Below, piece by piece: positions 11,790-22,179 of a stretch of DNA of 23,994 nt. Below the pieces are notes generated by a model. It had not been told where the DNA came from. It saw nothing but the letters and a program-made list of their open reading frames with translations, and did not search any database. The DNA comes from Geosiphon pyriformis uo1 (Eukaryota > Fungi > Glomeromycota): the NCBI GenBank assembly GCA_016748015.1, contig JAAOMT010000195.1:1-23994 (forward strand), written 5' to 3'. A program made the position numbers and the translations under genes. The stretch's first letter is position 1, and each line of letters opens with the position of its first letter.

Positions 11790-12180
11790 TCACAACAAGC
11801 AGTTAACATTGGCATTTTTGGTACCTTCTTTATATTTAATAATGTATTCATATAGTGCTAATATTTCTGCTCATCTTGCATATTTTCCTGTCAATGTTTT
11901 TTTGCTTTTTAACCAAACCAATCTTTTGTGATTGGTAGTAATATCAAATGGTTTATAGAGCAAATATGTTGAAAAGTAAATGCAGTTCTAGATTATGGCT
12001 AAGCATTCCAATTCATAAGCTGTGTAGTTTTGTTCTGCTGTACTTAGGCTTTTACTGGCATACACAATTATATGTTCTCTTCCATTATTGTTTTTTTGAG
12101 ACAGAATAACACCAATCCTAGTTCCAGAAGTATTTGTAGCTAAAATGAATTTCTTGTCAAAATTCAAGTAGATCATTATT
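11790..12180 (-). pseudogene. Gypsy-A RNase H
   Basis: FILATNTSGTRIGVILSQ (cf. LxTDAS), IVYASKSLSTAEQNYTAYELECLAII, ITTNHKRL (cf. TDH). Confidence 0.92.
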
Positions 12181-12249
12181 GGAGCTTCAATAAGCTTTTG
12201 TCTAAGATAATTAAATGTTTTTTGTTGTGTGTCTGTTCATTCAAACTTT

Positions 12250-13080
12250 ACATTTTTAGATAGTAAATAATTAAGAGACTTGGCAATGTTTGAGAATTTA
12301 TTTACAAAGCATTAATAGTAAGATACAAGTTTTAAAAATCCTTTCACTTCTGTTATGTTCTGAGGTACTGAAAAGTTTTTTACTTTGTCCACTTTTGATT
12401 AATCTAGTTTTATTCTATCTTTTTTAACTACATATTCTAAAAAAGCTAATTTATTTTTTCCAAAGAAGCATTTTTTTAAGTTTAATTTGAGTCCAACATG
12501 TCTTAATTTTTCAAAAACTTGTTGTAAATGTTGTAGATAATCCATAAATATTGGTAAGAAAACATTGGTATCATCCAAGTAGACAACAATAGATTGTCAC
12601 AAAATTCTTGAGTAGATTATGTCCATTAGTCATTAAAATATTGCAGAAGCATTAGTGAGTCCAAAGAGCATTATATTGAATTCATAATTGTCATTTTGTG
12701 TGGTAAATACTGTTTTGTGTCTGTCTTTTGGGTTCATTTCAACTTGTCAGTATTCACTGGTCAAGTCAAGTGTAAAAAACCATTTTGCTCCTCCAAAAAC
12801 ATCAAAGATTTTGTCAATTAATGGTATTGAGTATGAGTTTTTGGTTGTTTTGCTGTTTAGTTTGTGATAGTTGACACAAAATCTAATTTTTCTATTTTTT
12901 TTTCTTACTAAGACAATTGGTGAGAACCATGGACTTATGGATGGTTAAATTATTCCATTTTCTAGTATTCTCTGGACTTCTTTTCAGATGAAATTATGTT
13001 CTATAGGCGAAACATGATAGGCATGTTGTTTTTCAGCTCTTGTATCACCAGTGAAAATTTGGTGTTGAACCAAGTTGGTT
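12250..13080 (-). pseudogene. Gypsy-A reverse transcriptase
   Basis: SPWFSPIVLVRKK, RFCVNYHKLN, FTLDLTSEY*QV, MLFGLTNAS, VVYLDDTN with YLDD at 12570-12581. Confidence 0.95.
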
Positions 13081-13607
13081 CATCCAAATTCACTATTCTG
13101 CAAGAATATATTAGAATATTTTAGAATTAATGCTTTTAGTTGATGTTGTTAATCCAGATTCATTGATCCAATGCTTGATTTTGTCAATTTTTTGGGTGTA
13201 AATTGGTAGCATTTCAATAGTGTCTGCCAATTTATTAATGTCAGTTCACAATACAGTGCAATTTCTAGAAAATTCAGAATTTCTTGTGGTATTGACACAT
13301 TTTTTAGTTCTGTTTTAAGGTATTTCATGATGGTGTTTTCTGGAATATATATGAGCTCTTCTATAGTATTTATAATAGGAATTTTTATCCATTGTGTTTT
13401 GTCAACTGAAATAAAAAGGTTAACAAATTCTATGAAAAACTGTTGGCAAGTTTCTGAGTGGGGCTCGAATATTAGATTTATATCTTTTATTGTTCTTTTT
13501 ATTTTAATTTCTGATTTTTTATAAGGTGTGAATGTAATTGATCACTCATTTCTAATTAATTCATTTTTTTCCTCTGGTGTTTCAATAAAATTTGCTTTAA
13601 TTTCTTT

Positions 13608-13996
13608 TCCTGTTGATTCAAAACCATAAATTTCTCTCATTGTTTGTGTTAATTTCTCTCAATTTTCTACTGGTACAAAATTTCCAACTTTTACTAATGG
13701 TAGGAAAATTGCTTATACAATTTTTTTCTTAGATTCAATGGTATAAAATTTTTTTGAATTGTTCTGTAGTAAAACCATCAAATTTTTAGTGTAATCAGAG
13801 TTAATTACTCTTTCTTGAATGCTTATTTTTTTTTTCATGAGGCTTAATTGTGATGTTATTTGGATCATTATTCCTGGCAGAATTTTAACTGCTATTTTTA
13901 GGTCAATTTTAGTAATACTCCTGGGTGGCAACGTCATGAATTGGTCTTTTGGATACCATAGATCAAATTTAGCATCAGTTGGATGGATTCTTTCAG
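13608..13996 (-). pseudogene. Retroelement-encoded trimeric-type dUTPase (Gypsy-A), disrupted
   Basis: Five motifs in order: PERIHPTDAKFDL (AGxDL), ITSQLSL (RSS), VINSDYTKNL (GxIDxDYxG), KIV*AIF (KIAQ), REIYGFESTG (RGxxGFGSTG). Confidence 0.9.
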
Positions 13997-14162
13997 GTAC
14001 TATTCTTAAGTGCCTATTGTCATAGTACTAGATGATCTAAATTGGTATAGGCTAAAATATTTCTAACTCAAGACCATTAGGTGAGTTTTGTTGATTTATT
14101 GATTGATTTTGGTACTGCTGATTCTTAATTTCCATTTTTCTTTCAAAGTTTCTTTTGTATTA

Positions 14163-14753
14163 ACACTCTTTACAGTGCTGACTTTGGCATGGGATAAGAC
14201 AGTCTTTGCAAAGATAAGTATTAATCTAAGTGAAATATTGTTCCTGTTCTTAGCAAGTGAAACACAGCTGTTGATAATTTTCCTGAAATTTATCCACTGG
14301 ATTGAACATGTTATAGTTGGCAACTTCATTGGCTATTTTGGCTGACACTTTCTAATGTCATATTTTTTTGGTGGTTTCTCTTTTTATTTTGGCTTGTGTA
14401 GTATTGTTTAACTCATCTTTGTTATGTAAATAGTGCTGCAGTCTTCTTAATACTCTGTTGAATGCTGTTTTGAATAACATTCCTCCTTTTATTCAGTAAC
14501 AGATGAGAATCATGTATTGGCAAGTTGTGTCACACATTCTTCTTCTGCTTGGCATGTTAATTCAGTCACACTCTTTTGGTAATAGTTCTCCACAAGTGAG
14601 ACATGGTTCTTTGTCTCATTTTCCATGTCTTTCTAGGTAACCATATTTTTTTTTGTTATAATAGTTACAATAGTAGTAAGTGGGGTTTTTTAAGTCTTTG
14701 TCTGGTGTACTGTACGCAATCATGAATGAGAGTTTTTTATTGCAAACTGAACA
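14163..14753 (-). pseudogene. Uncharacterised Cys-rich pol domain between protease and dUTPase (Gypsy-A)
   Basis: Single frame read through stops contains CSVC, CNYY, CLTC, CDTTC, CFTC, CKDC, CKEC; homologous segment in Gypsy-B at 22180-22534. Confidence 0.75.
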
Positions 14754-15049
14754 TTCCAGTTTTGGTCTGCATTGCTGGTGGTTTTTTTATGAACTTATCT
14801 GGTTTCATTCGGATCTTTCTTTACTCTTTCAAGTTGATACGGCTGGTAGTTCTGTTCTTTGGTCATCAGTCCATGAGAGCTAATAAGTTTCAATGGCTGG
14901 TAGGAGTGAATTTTTCTTGAATTTGAAGGTGGGTCTTTGGTTGGTGCTGGGTTTTTGAAAATGGCCACATGTGGCTGGAATTCTGGCATGGTGGTCATTA
15001 TAGCTGATAAGAAGCTCTTAAGTGGTTCAGTCTAATGTGGCATTGGCTT

Positions 15050-15461
15050 TTGTTAGCCAGTTATTTTTTACTAATGCTTAATATTATGTAGCATCTATTA
15101 CTAATACTTTTGTAGGTATTATTATGTCATTAATTTTAAAAGAAAATAAGTTGATTTCACCATGAGGCAGCTTGGTATTTCTATTGGCTGTTATAATTTG
15201 GGACATTGTGGTGCAATCAACTTTGAAACTTAGTTGGTTTACTAGTTGAAGCATCACAATGCTTCCAGTGGATCTACTGTCTAAAATAAGTTTAATTGGC
15301 ATGTGGTTTACTTTTGCTTCCATGTACATAGCAGTGATTGGGTGTTTCTCATTCAATGCTGCTTTACTAAACATAGCCTCTTTTTTCTTTAATTCAAAAG
15401 GAAAAATAGCTGTGAGGCTGCTATCTTCTGTAACAATGGCTGGTGGTATTGTTTGGATCAA
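15050..15461 (-). pseudogene. Gypsy-A aspartic protease
   Basis: ITAMYMEAKVNHMPIKLILDSRSTGSIV (DSG changed to DSR), TKVLVIDAT, ALVKNNWL (cf. LxGxDWL). Confidence 0.9.
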
Positions 15462-15499
15462 GTTCTGGCTATTGGTGATATTTTCAGTTCCAAATATAT

Positions 15500-17468
15500 T
15501 ACTATTAATATTTCTGAGATTTAAGTTTTCTGATATATTAAGATAAGTTGGCTAGAAATTTGGGTAATTTGGGTAGTTTGCATTTGTTTGCTGATTAGGT
15601 CCTACACAATTAGAATTTCTAATAATAATCATGTTTTGACCTAATACTGACTGGCTTCAAAACTCTGGATGCCAGTTTAAATTTGGAATCTCTGGTTATT
15701 GCTGATAAGTTTTTTAATTTTGGTATGTAGTAGAATATTGACATGGTATTGGTATGTATTAATTTTTGAGCATTTAGGGGGCATGTAATAATTATTTTCA
15801 CATGGCTCTTGTATCATTTGTGTTTGACATTGAATGATCAAATGTTCTACATGTTTGCAAAAATGGCAGGTGTGTGTTTCTGTTCTGAAATCCTAACATA
15901 ATAAGTGATTATTTTGGCTGCTGTTGAATTTCTGGTTGTGTCTTTGAGATGTTTGGTATGTGTTATTTTTTCTTGGATTCAAAATGAGGTAACTTTCTAT
16001 TTTGTTAGAGAGTTCTTTTCCTAATTGTGTTATTCTTTTTTCTAACATTTCTGTCTTGTTTTTTTCTATTACCATGTTAACTATTTGACTATGATTAGCT
16101 TTTTTCTCAGCCAATTTAAAGACTCTAACAAGCATAATGGCTTCTAGTAATGAATTAGGGTGGACAGGGCATATTCTTTTTAAAATGCTGCTTTTTAATC
16201 TTCTAATAAATTGATTTAAAACCTGAGGATTGGTATAGTATTCTTGCTTAATTGCTTTAATCTAATAACAAATTCAATTAAATCAAGCAAGATATTGGGT
16301 AACAGTTTTACCTGTTCCTTGCTTGATAGTATTGAATTTGTTTTGTAATTGAATTATGGCATTTAGATTGCTAAATACTTCAAAAGCATGTCTTTGAATT
16401 GGACGAAACTTGTGGGTTTTGTTTCCAAACTTTAATACTATGAGTTAGTAGTTTCTTTTAAAAAAAAAGGTAATGTTTGAATTGCTCTTTGATCATTCTA
16501 GTTATTTGCTTGGATGGCTTTTTGTGTTTCTTTAAGCCATGTGTACACATCTGTTTCTTCTTTTTCTCCTAAAAAATCTGTTAATTGTGCAATGTATGAT
16601 GTGATTATTTCATTGTTGTTTTCTGCTGGTAGGTTTATTGGTCTGAGAGGAGTGAGGATGATATTTTTTTGTGTGTCTCTAAAAGTAACTTCTCTTATAT
16701 TTAGTTTTTCCTCTTGGTTTTTAGATTGATTGCTTGATCTGGTGACTGGTTTTGTTTTTGGTTTTTTGATAAGTTTTTTGGTTTCCGATTTAGACTTTTC
16801 TTTATAATTTTCAAACTTTGCTCCAAAATTTGGCTGGAGTAATGGCATTTTGAAAAGTGATAAATATCCTCCTGTTATTGGTATATTTCCCCAATTATGT
16901 TGTTTAAGTTTATCAGTATAATTAAAAGTTTTTGGTGTTTGTGGAGTTGATGTTGATGATAATGCAGCTCCTAATGAAATTTGTATTTTATTTTCTGGTG
17001 AAAAATAGTATAATTTATTCTCTGGTGAATAGATATGTTGTTTCTTTGATGATTGCATGACAGTTTTTTTTGGTGTTTGAGCAGGTGTTCCTAGTTTTTG
17101 CTGGTTACTTTTTTAATTAGTTTCTAAATTTTCTTTGGCTTGTTGGCACATTCCCTAGTGTTTTCTGTAGATATTGGGAAATTTTTGTTGATGTATTGCT
17201 CAATTTTGCAATGAATTTTGACAATAGTCTTGGCTATTACTAGTACTTCCTTTGTAGTATATTGTGATAATTTTTTATACAATCCAAGTTTTGTGTTGTG
17301 TGGTTCTTCTTTCTTTCCTATGTGGTAATTTATTCTGGCATTAATATAATAAGTGAGAGCAGATTCTGCTGGACAACACCCTTCTGGTAATCCAAGATCA
17401 CTTTGATTTTGTGTGTAAATAGCATGGCAGAATTCAAGAACAGTAAGAGTAGGAGTTTTTGTCATCAC
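15500..17468 (-). pseudogene. Gypsy-A gag, disrupted
   Basis: Fragments 17124-17468, 16498-17058, 15893-16135; capsid-like DFLGEKEETDVYTWL and LNQFIRRLKSSIL; CX2CX4HX4C knuckle CHFCKHVEHLIIQC at 15827-15868. Confidence 0.88.
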
Positions 17469-17532
17469 TTTTGTTTCTTCTTTTTTAGCAATGAATTATT
17501 GCTAATTATTATTTTCTTTTTTTGATTTTTTT

Positions 17533-17550
17533 TCTTTGTAGGGTTTACCA
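17533..17550 (-). promoter_or_regulatory. Putative primer-binding site
   Basis: TGGTAAACCCTACAAAGA starts 2 nt inside the 5' LTR; TGG is complementary to tRNA CCA; the tRNA cannot be assigned because of G-to-A decay. Confidence 0.65.
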
Positions 17551-17552
17551 AA

Positions 17553-18340
17553 TATTACAGAAGATTTTTTTTGGTATATTTTAATTGTTGATATTCCGTT
17601 TTAATTGCAATCAGTCTCTCATGAGTTCCTCAATTTTATGTATTGGATATTAATGATAATGTACTAAAAGTTTTCTCTTGATGTTGTAATGTAAGTCTTC
17701 TCTTTAATTTTAGTTGTCTTTGTATGTTGTGTACTCCTTCCCAGAGATTAATCTGAAGCTATCCTTGCAATTATCTGATGTGTTTTTCTAATCTAGAAAC
17801 ATAGAATATTAATGGCTTTTTCGTAATTTCCCTAAGTATATAATAAGGCTTTTTCAATTTTAATTAGTAACCACATGAATAATCTTAATTAGGGATTATT
17901 CTTCCAAAAGGTTCAAAGATGAAATGATAGTTTCATTTGCTAGAAAAAATATGTGAATTCTATTGTTAATTTCACAATTGTAATGTTAATTCAATTTATT
18001 ATTATTTTTTTATTAATTCTTTTTGAATAAGATTTTATTTAGATATTTGTTGCTTTTAGTTGAAGCTGTTAGATTTTTCATCATTAAAACTATTGTATAT
18101 ATATATAATTATTGTTTTACAAAATAACGTTTTGTAATACTTTATTTCTGTTATTTCTAAATAGTGCTTACTGCTTTTGTACAATACTGCTTGCTGCTAT
18201 TGTAAAATAGTGCTTGTTGCTATTACACAGTAGTGCTTTGCTATTATTTGTAAATCATTTTTTTTATAAATTGTTGTGCTATTTCACGATTGGCTAATTT
18301 ATTTTTTTTATAATTTCTATTAAATTCTTAAACTGTAACA
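17553..18340 (-). repeat. Gypsy-A 5' LTR (788 bp)
   Basis: tattacag...ctgtaaca terminal inverted repeat (one G-to-A change); homologous to 10714-11452; (TA)n TATA-like tract near 18096-18107. Confidence 0.95.
18161..18254. repeat. Four approx. 23-bp tandem units in the U3 end of the 5' LTR
   Basis: atagtgcttactgcttttgtaca / atactgcttgctgctattgtaaa / atagtgcttgttgctattacaca / gtagtgctttgctattatttgtaaa; only two units in the other LTR (11346-11392). Confidence 0.85.
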
Positions 18341-18939
18341 GAGTATATGCATGGCTTTATTTATTAAGACACAGTTGAAGCTTTTATTGAATTGTGACAT
18401 TTGATAGAATGTCAATAAGGACAAATAAAAAGTTTTCTTTTAAAGTTTGCTTTAGAAGTTTTGATAATTGAATTCCAAAATAACTTCTTGTGTTTTTTTT
18501 ATAAGAGTGATAATTCTGGAAATTATTTACTACTGGTATTATAGTTTCTTTTGAATGTAATTAATTTGACTTTTATTAATAATTATGAATAAATTAAGAA
18601 GTGTTTTCAAAGCAACATCAATTTTTGAGATATTTCTTGAATGTTTTAGAAAATAATCATAATGAAAATAAATAAATTAAATATAAAATTTGAAAAAATT
18701 TGAAAAAAAAAAAATAAGAAATAATTTTGAATATAAATTTTATATATTTTTGGTTTTGGGTTTTTTTTGTAATTATTTACTATTTTTGTTTTTACATTTG
18801 TGTATTATTAAAAAAATATTATAATAATATTAAATTAAATATTAAGATTTGGTTATTGTTTTATTATAATTATTGGTTCCAAATTTTAAGAAACATCTTT
18901 GGAATTAATTAAAAGAGAATATTTACTAATTTGTAAAAT

Positions 18940-19700
18940 TAATGATTTAAGATTGTTTCTGGAATAATAGTGTTTCAATCAATTTCTATGTATAACTTTT
19001 GCTAATACTTTGTTATTTAGTCTTAATTTGTATAATTTATTGTCTAAGATTTCATGAATATAAAATAATTTATTCTATTTATGTTTAATTTTCTACTCTA
19101 TTGTTTTTTAGTCCTAATTTTGTGTAAAAAAACTTTGTTGCAAAGTTTAAATTCATTAGTGACTAGTAGCAATTTGTTATTATGTTGTTTTTTTATTGGA
19201 CTTGAAAGTGTTTAATATGAATAGCTGCTATTTATTGTTTTNNNNNNNNNNNNNNNNNNNNTAACAATTTTTTTGAGTAGTAATAAGTAATAATCTGACT
19301 AAATTAATTTTTATTCTGTCAAAAAGTTGTCCAATTTTAATTGGATTTAGAAGTTTAATAAAACAAGTTTCTTTTTTTTTTGATAACTATTATATGATTT
19401 TATATATTATCAAATGTTTTTTACATGTAAAGCCAAAAATAATGTTCTAATGTTCTAATGTTCTTTAAATTATACTATTTTTTCCTTAATATACTGAAGA
19501 TAGATCTATGTACATATTATAAAAAATAGTTTCTTTTTTGTTTTCTTAGATAAATCTGAGTGAATTAGTTGAATTTCTATAATTTTGATAATAAATTTTG
19601 TTGTAATAAATAAAATATTGTTTCACTTGATATTATAATTATTGTTTTTTAATTGAAAACCAGTTTTCTTGTAGAGTAATAGTTTCCAAATAGTTTTTAA
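18940..19700 (-). pseudogene. Gypsy-B integrase remnants
   Basis: LLNPIKIGQLFDRIKINLVRLLLITTQKNC near 19262-19355 (cf. LxPIxVxxPFxRIGIDxVGPLP); C-terminal FYIHEILDN...VLAKVIHRN*LKHYY near 18960-19070. Confidence 0.78.
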
Positions 19701-20197
19701 TGTTGTTGTTATTTTCTGGTTTCATTATCTGTTGATTATTTGTTGTTAAGTTGGTAGATTGTAATAAAGTTGGTATTAGTGCTAATTTTGTCTTATTTTT
19801 AAGAGACTATTTATATTTATATGTAATTTTTTAGATTTGTAATAAACAATGTATTTGTAATTGGCTAGAAAATTAGTCCATTAAGATTGATTTACACTAA
19901 GCTTAAANNNNNNNNNNNNNNNNNNNNTAAAATAATAGAGTTGTTATTGGGATTATAAAATATAATTCGAAATTTTTTTATTTCTTTAGAAATATAGACA
20001 TTTAAAATTGAGATTTTATTTTTCAAACAAATATATTTAATTGATTCAAAAGTTTGTTGAGTAATTATTAGTTTTGGGCAAGTGTAAATTTTGTAATGTT
20101 CTTTAAAAAATAAAATGATAATTGATTGTAGAAGTCAAAAAATCTGGTAAGATTTATTTTGTATATTAAAAGTTATATTTACTAAAACTGTGAATTA

Positions 20198-20590
20198 TCT
20201 AATTGAACCAAAACTTTGGGTTCTTTTATCATTTTTGTCTAATTGTTTTTTTTGATTAACTGATTGTAAATTTGAAATATTAATTAAGAATAGATAAATT
20301 GTTTAAGCAATTTTTTTAGCATGTTTTATCTTAAATAACTTTTTTGTTTTATTTTGTAGCATAATTGTAATGTCTTCAGTGTATCTTGTATCTATAATTT
20401 TTTCTCTAATATTAATTTTTTTTGCTGGCCAGAAGTAATTAAAAAGCAATTTAAACTATTACTTCTAATAGTATTTTAAAAGCAATTTTAAGATTGATTT
20501 TTATTAAAAATTTTGGTTGAAGAACCAAAATATCTTTTCTTGAATAATATAAGTCATATTTTGTATCAATTTTGTGAGCTTTTTTTGGCT
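20198..20590 (-). pseudogene. Gypsy-B dUTPase, disrupted
   Basis: KPKKAHKIDTKYDLYY, LQPKFLIKINLKIAF, IIDTRYTEDITIMLQN, KIA*TIYL, RTQSFGSIR. Confidence 0.85.
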
Positions 20591-20781
20591 TAATCTCTTG
20601 GCTATTATTGTCAAAATACTTGAGTTGTATAACAAGCTGATTTTTGATCAAGTAGATTAAAGTGATTGTAATTTTTTTTTCAGATTTAAATTCTCCAAAT
20701 TCGATTTCATGCTTATTATTTTTACTAGGCAAAAAAATACTAGAAACATAACATTTCAAACNNNNNNNNNNNNNNNNNNNN

Positions 20782-22121
20782 TTTTTTAGATTTGTAATAA
20801 ACAATGTATTTGTAATTGGCTAGAAAATTAGTCCATTAAGATTGATTTACACTAAGCTTAAAATTCTATTTGTTAAGTTATTTAAGGCTAATGTTGTTAG
20901 TTTTGATGTCAAATTTTTTTTATTGTAGAAGTATTGTTAAAAGTATTTAAAAGTCTAAATAATAACTATTGCTTTTAATTTAGTTAAGCTATATTTGAGT
21001 TTTGTTGACTTAAGTATTTTACTGGCATATGTAATTATTTGCTCTTTGTCACTATCACTTATTTGTAATAAGATGACACTAAAAGCTATATATGAAGCAT
21101 TAGTGGCTAATTGAAATCTTTTTTTGAAGTTAGAATAGACAAAAATTGAAGCAGTTATACGTCTTTTTTTGAAAGTGTTAAATACTTTTTGTTAAACTGG
21201 AGTTTATTGGTATTTAACATATTTGTTGGTCAGATAATTAAAAAGTTTGGTAATTTTTGAGAATTTTTTAATAAATTTTCAATAGTAGAAAGCTAATCTA
21301 ATAAATTCTTTTAATTTTGTAGTATTTTGAAAAATTTAAAAGTTTTTAATAATATTAATTGTTTTTGAATTAAGCTGAACTCCATCTTTGCTTACAATAT
21401 ATTCAAGAAAAATTAAACTTGTTTTTCTAAAGTAATATTTTTTAAAGTTTAATTTTAATTTTAATTTTTGTAATTATTGAAAAACTTCTTGCAAATAGAT
21501 TAAATAAGCTTCAAATATTGAAAAATAAATATTAGTATTATCAAAATAAACAACTACTGATTGCCATAAAAGTTTTTTGTAAACAATATTTATAAGTTAT
21601 TGAAATATTGCTAATATATTAAATTCATAATTCTCTTATTGTGTAGTAAATTTTGTTTTGACTTGTTAGTATTCACTTTCCAAATCTAAAGTTAAGAAGT
21701 ATTTGGCTTTTTCTAAAGCATCTAACAAATTCTTAGTAATAGGTAAACATTTTTAATTATAATATTATTAAGTTGGCAATAGTCAACACAAAATCAAATT
21801 TTCTTATTTTTTTTGACCAGAACTACTGGTAAGATCCAAAAACTTTTTAATAGTTGAATAAGACTATTGTTAAGTATTTTTTCTACTTTTTGTTTAATAA
21901 ATTGGTGGCTTGTAAGTAAAACTTGGTAAGCTTGTTGGTATTTTAATAAAGCATTTTTTGTGTAGATTTTATGTTGTATAATATTGGTTTTTTCAAGATT
22001 GTTGTTATTTTTGGTCAATATATCAGCATATTTAACAATTAACTGTTTTAATTGTTTTTGCTGTTAGAGTTTTAAGAGACCCAATTTGATAAAAAAAAGC
22101 TTTTTTTCAATTAGATAGTAG
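20782..22121 (-). pseudogene. Gypsy-B reverse transcriptase and RNase H
   Basis: SFWILPVVLVKKK, FLTLDLESEY*QV, VVVYFDNTN (YFDN at 21537-21548, cf. YLDD), FQLATNASY, IITYASKIL; RNase H continues at 19907-19700. Confidence 0.88.
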
Positions 22122-22179
22122 NNNNNNNNNNNNNNNNNNNNTTCAGTTTTTTTTATCTAATAAATATTTTTTTTTTTTT

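Larger units (their letters stand above)
10714..18340 (-). mobile_element. Gypsy-A: Ty3/Gypsy LTR retrotransposon with dUTPase, decayed, integrase core missing
   Basis: Two homologous LTRs, outer termini TGTTATAG...CTGTAACA, PBS-like site, gag-PR-dUTPase-RT-RH-INT order (RT-RH before INT defines Ty3/Gypsy). Confidence 0.93.

Noticed and set aside
18161-18254. CRISPR-like array
   Set aside because: Contiguous tandem units without spacers, inside a eukaryotic LTR; no cas genes
18395-18414. Hairpin tgacatt-tgatag-aatgtca
   Set aside because: A 7-bp stem is expected by chance in 24 kb of AT-rich DNA
18727-18912. 61-aa hydrophobic ORF
   Set aside because: Low-complexity F/Y/I/N/K composition expected from AT-rich DNA
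19827-20862. Apparent novel order with dUTPase inside RNase H, flanked by an 81-bp exact direct repeat (19827-19907 = 20782-20862)
   Set aside because: Contig 19928-20761 is bounded by 20-N gaps and the exact repeat looks like an unmerged contig overlap. Its content fits the 22122-22141 gap between the Cys-rich domain and RT, restoring the Gypsy-A order, so this is most likely a scaffolding artefact.
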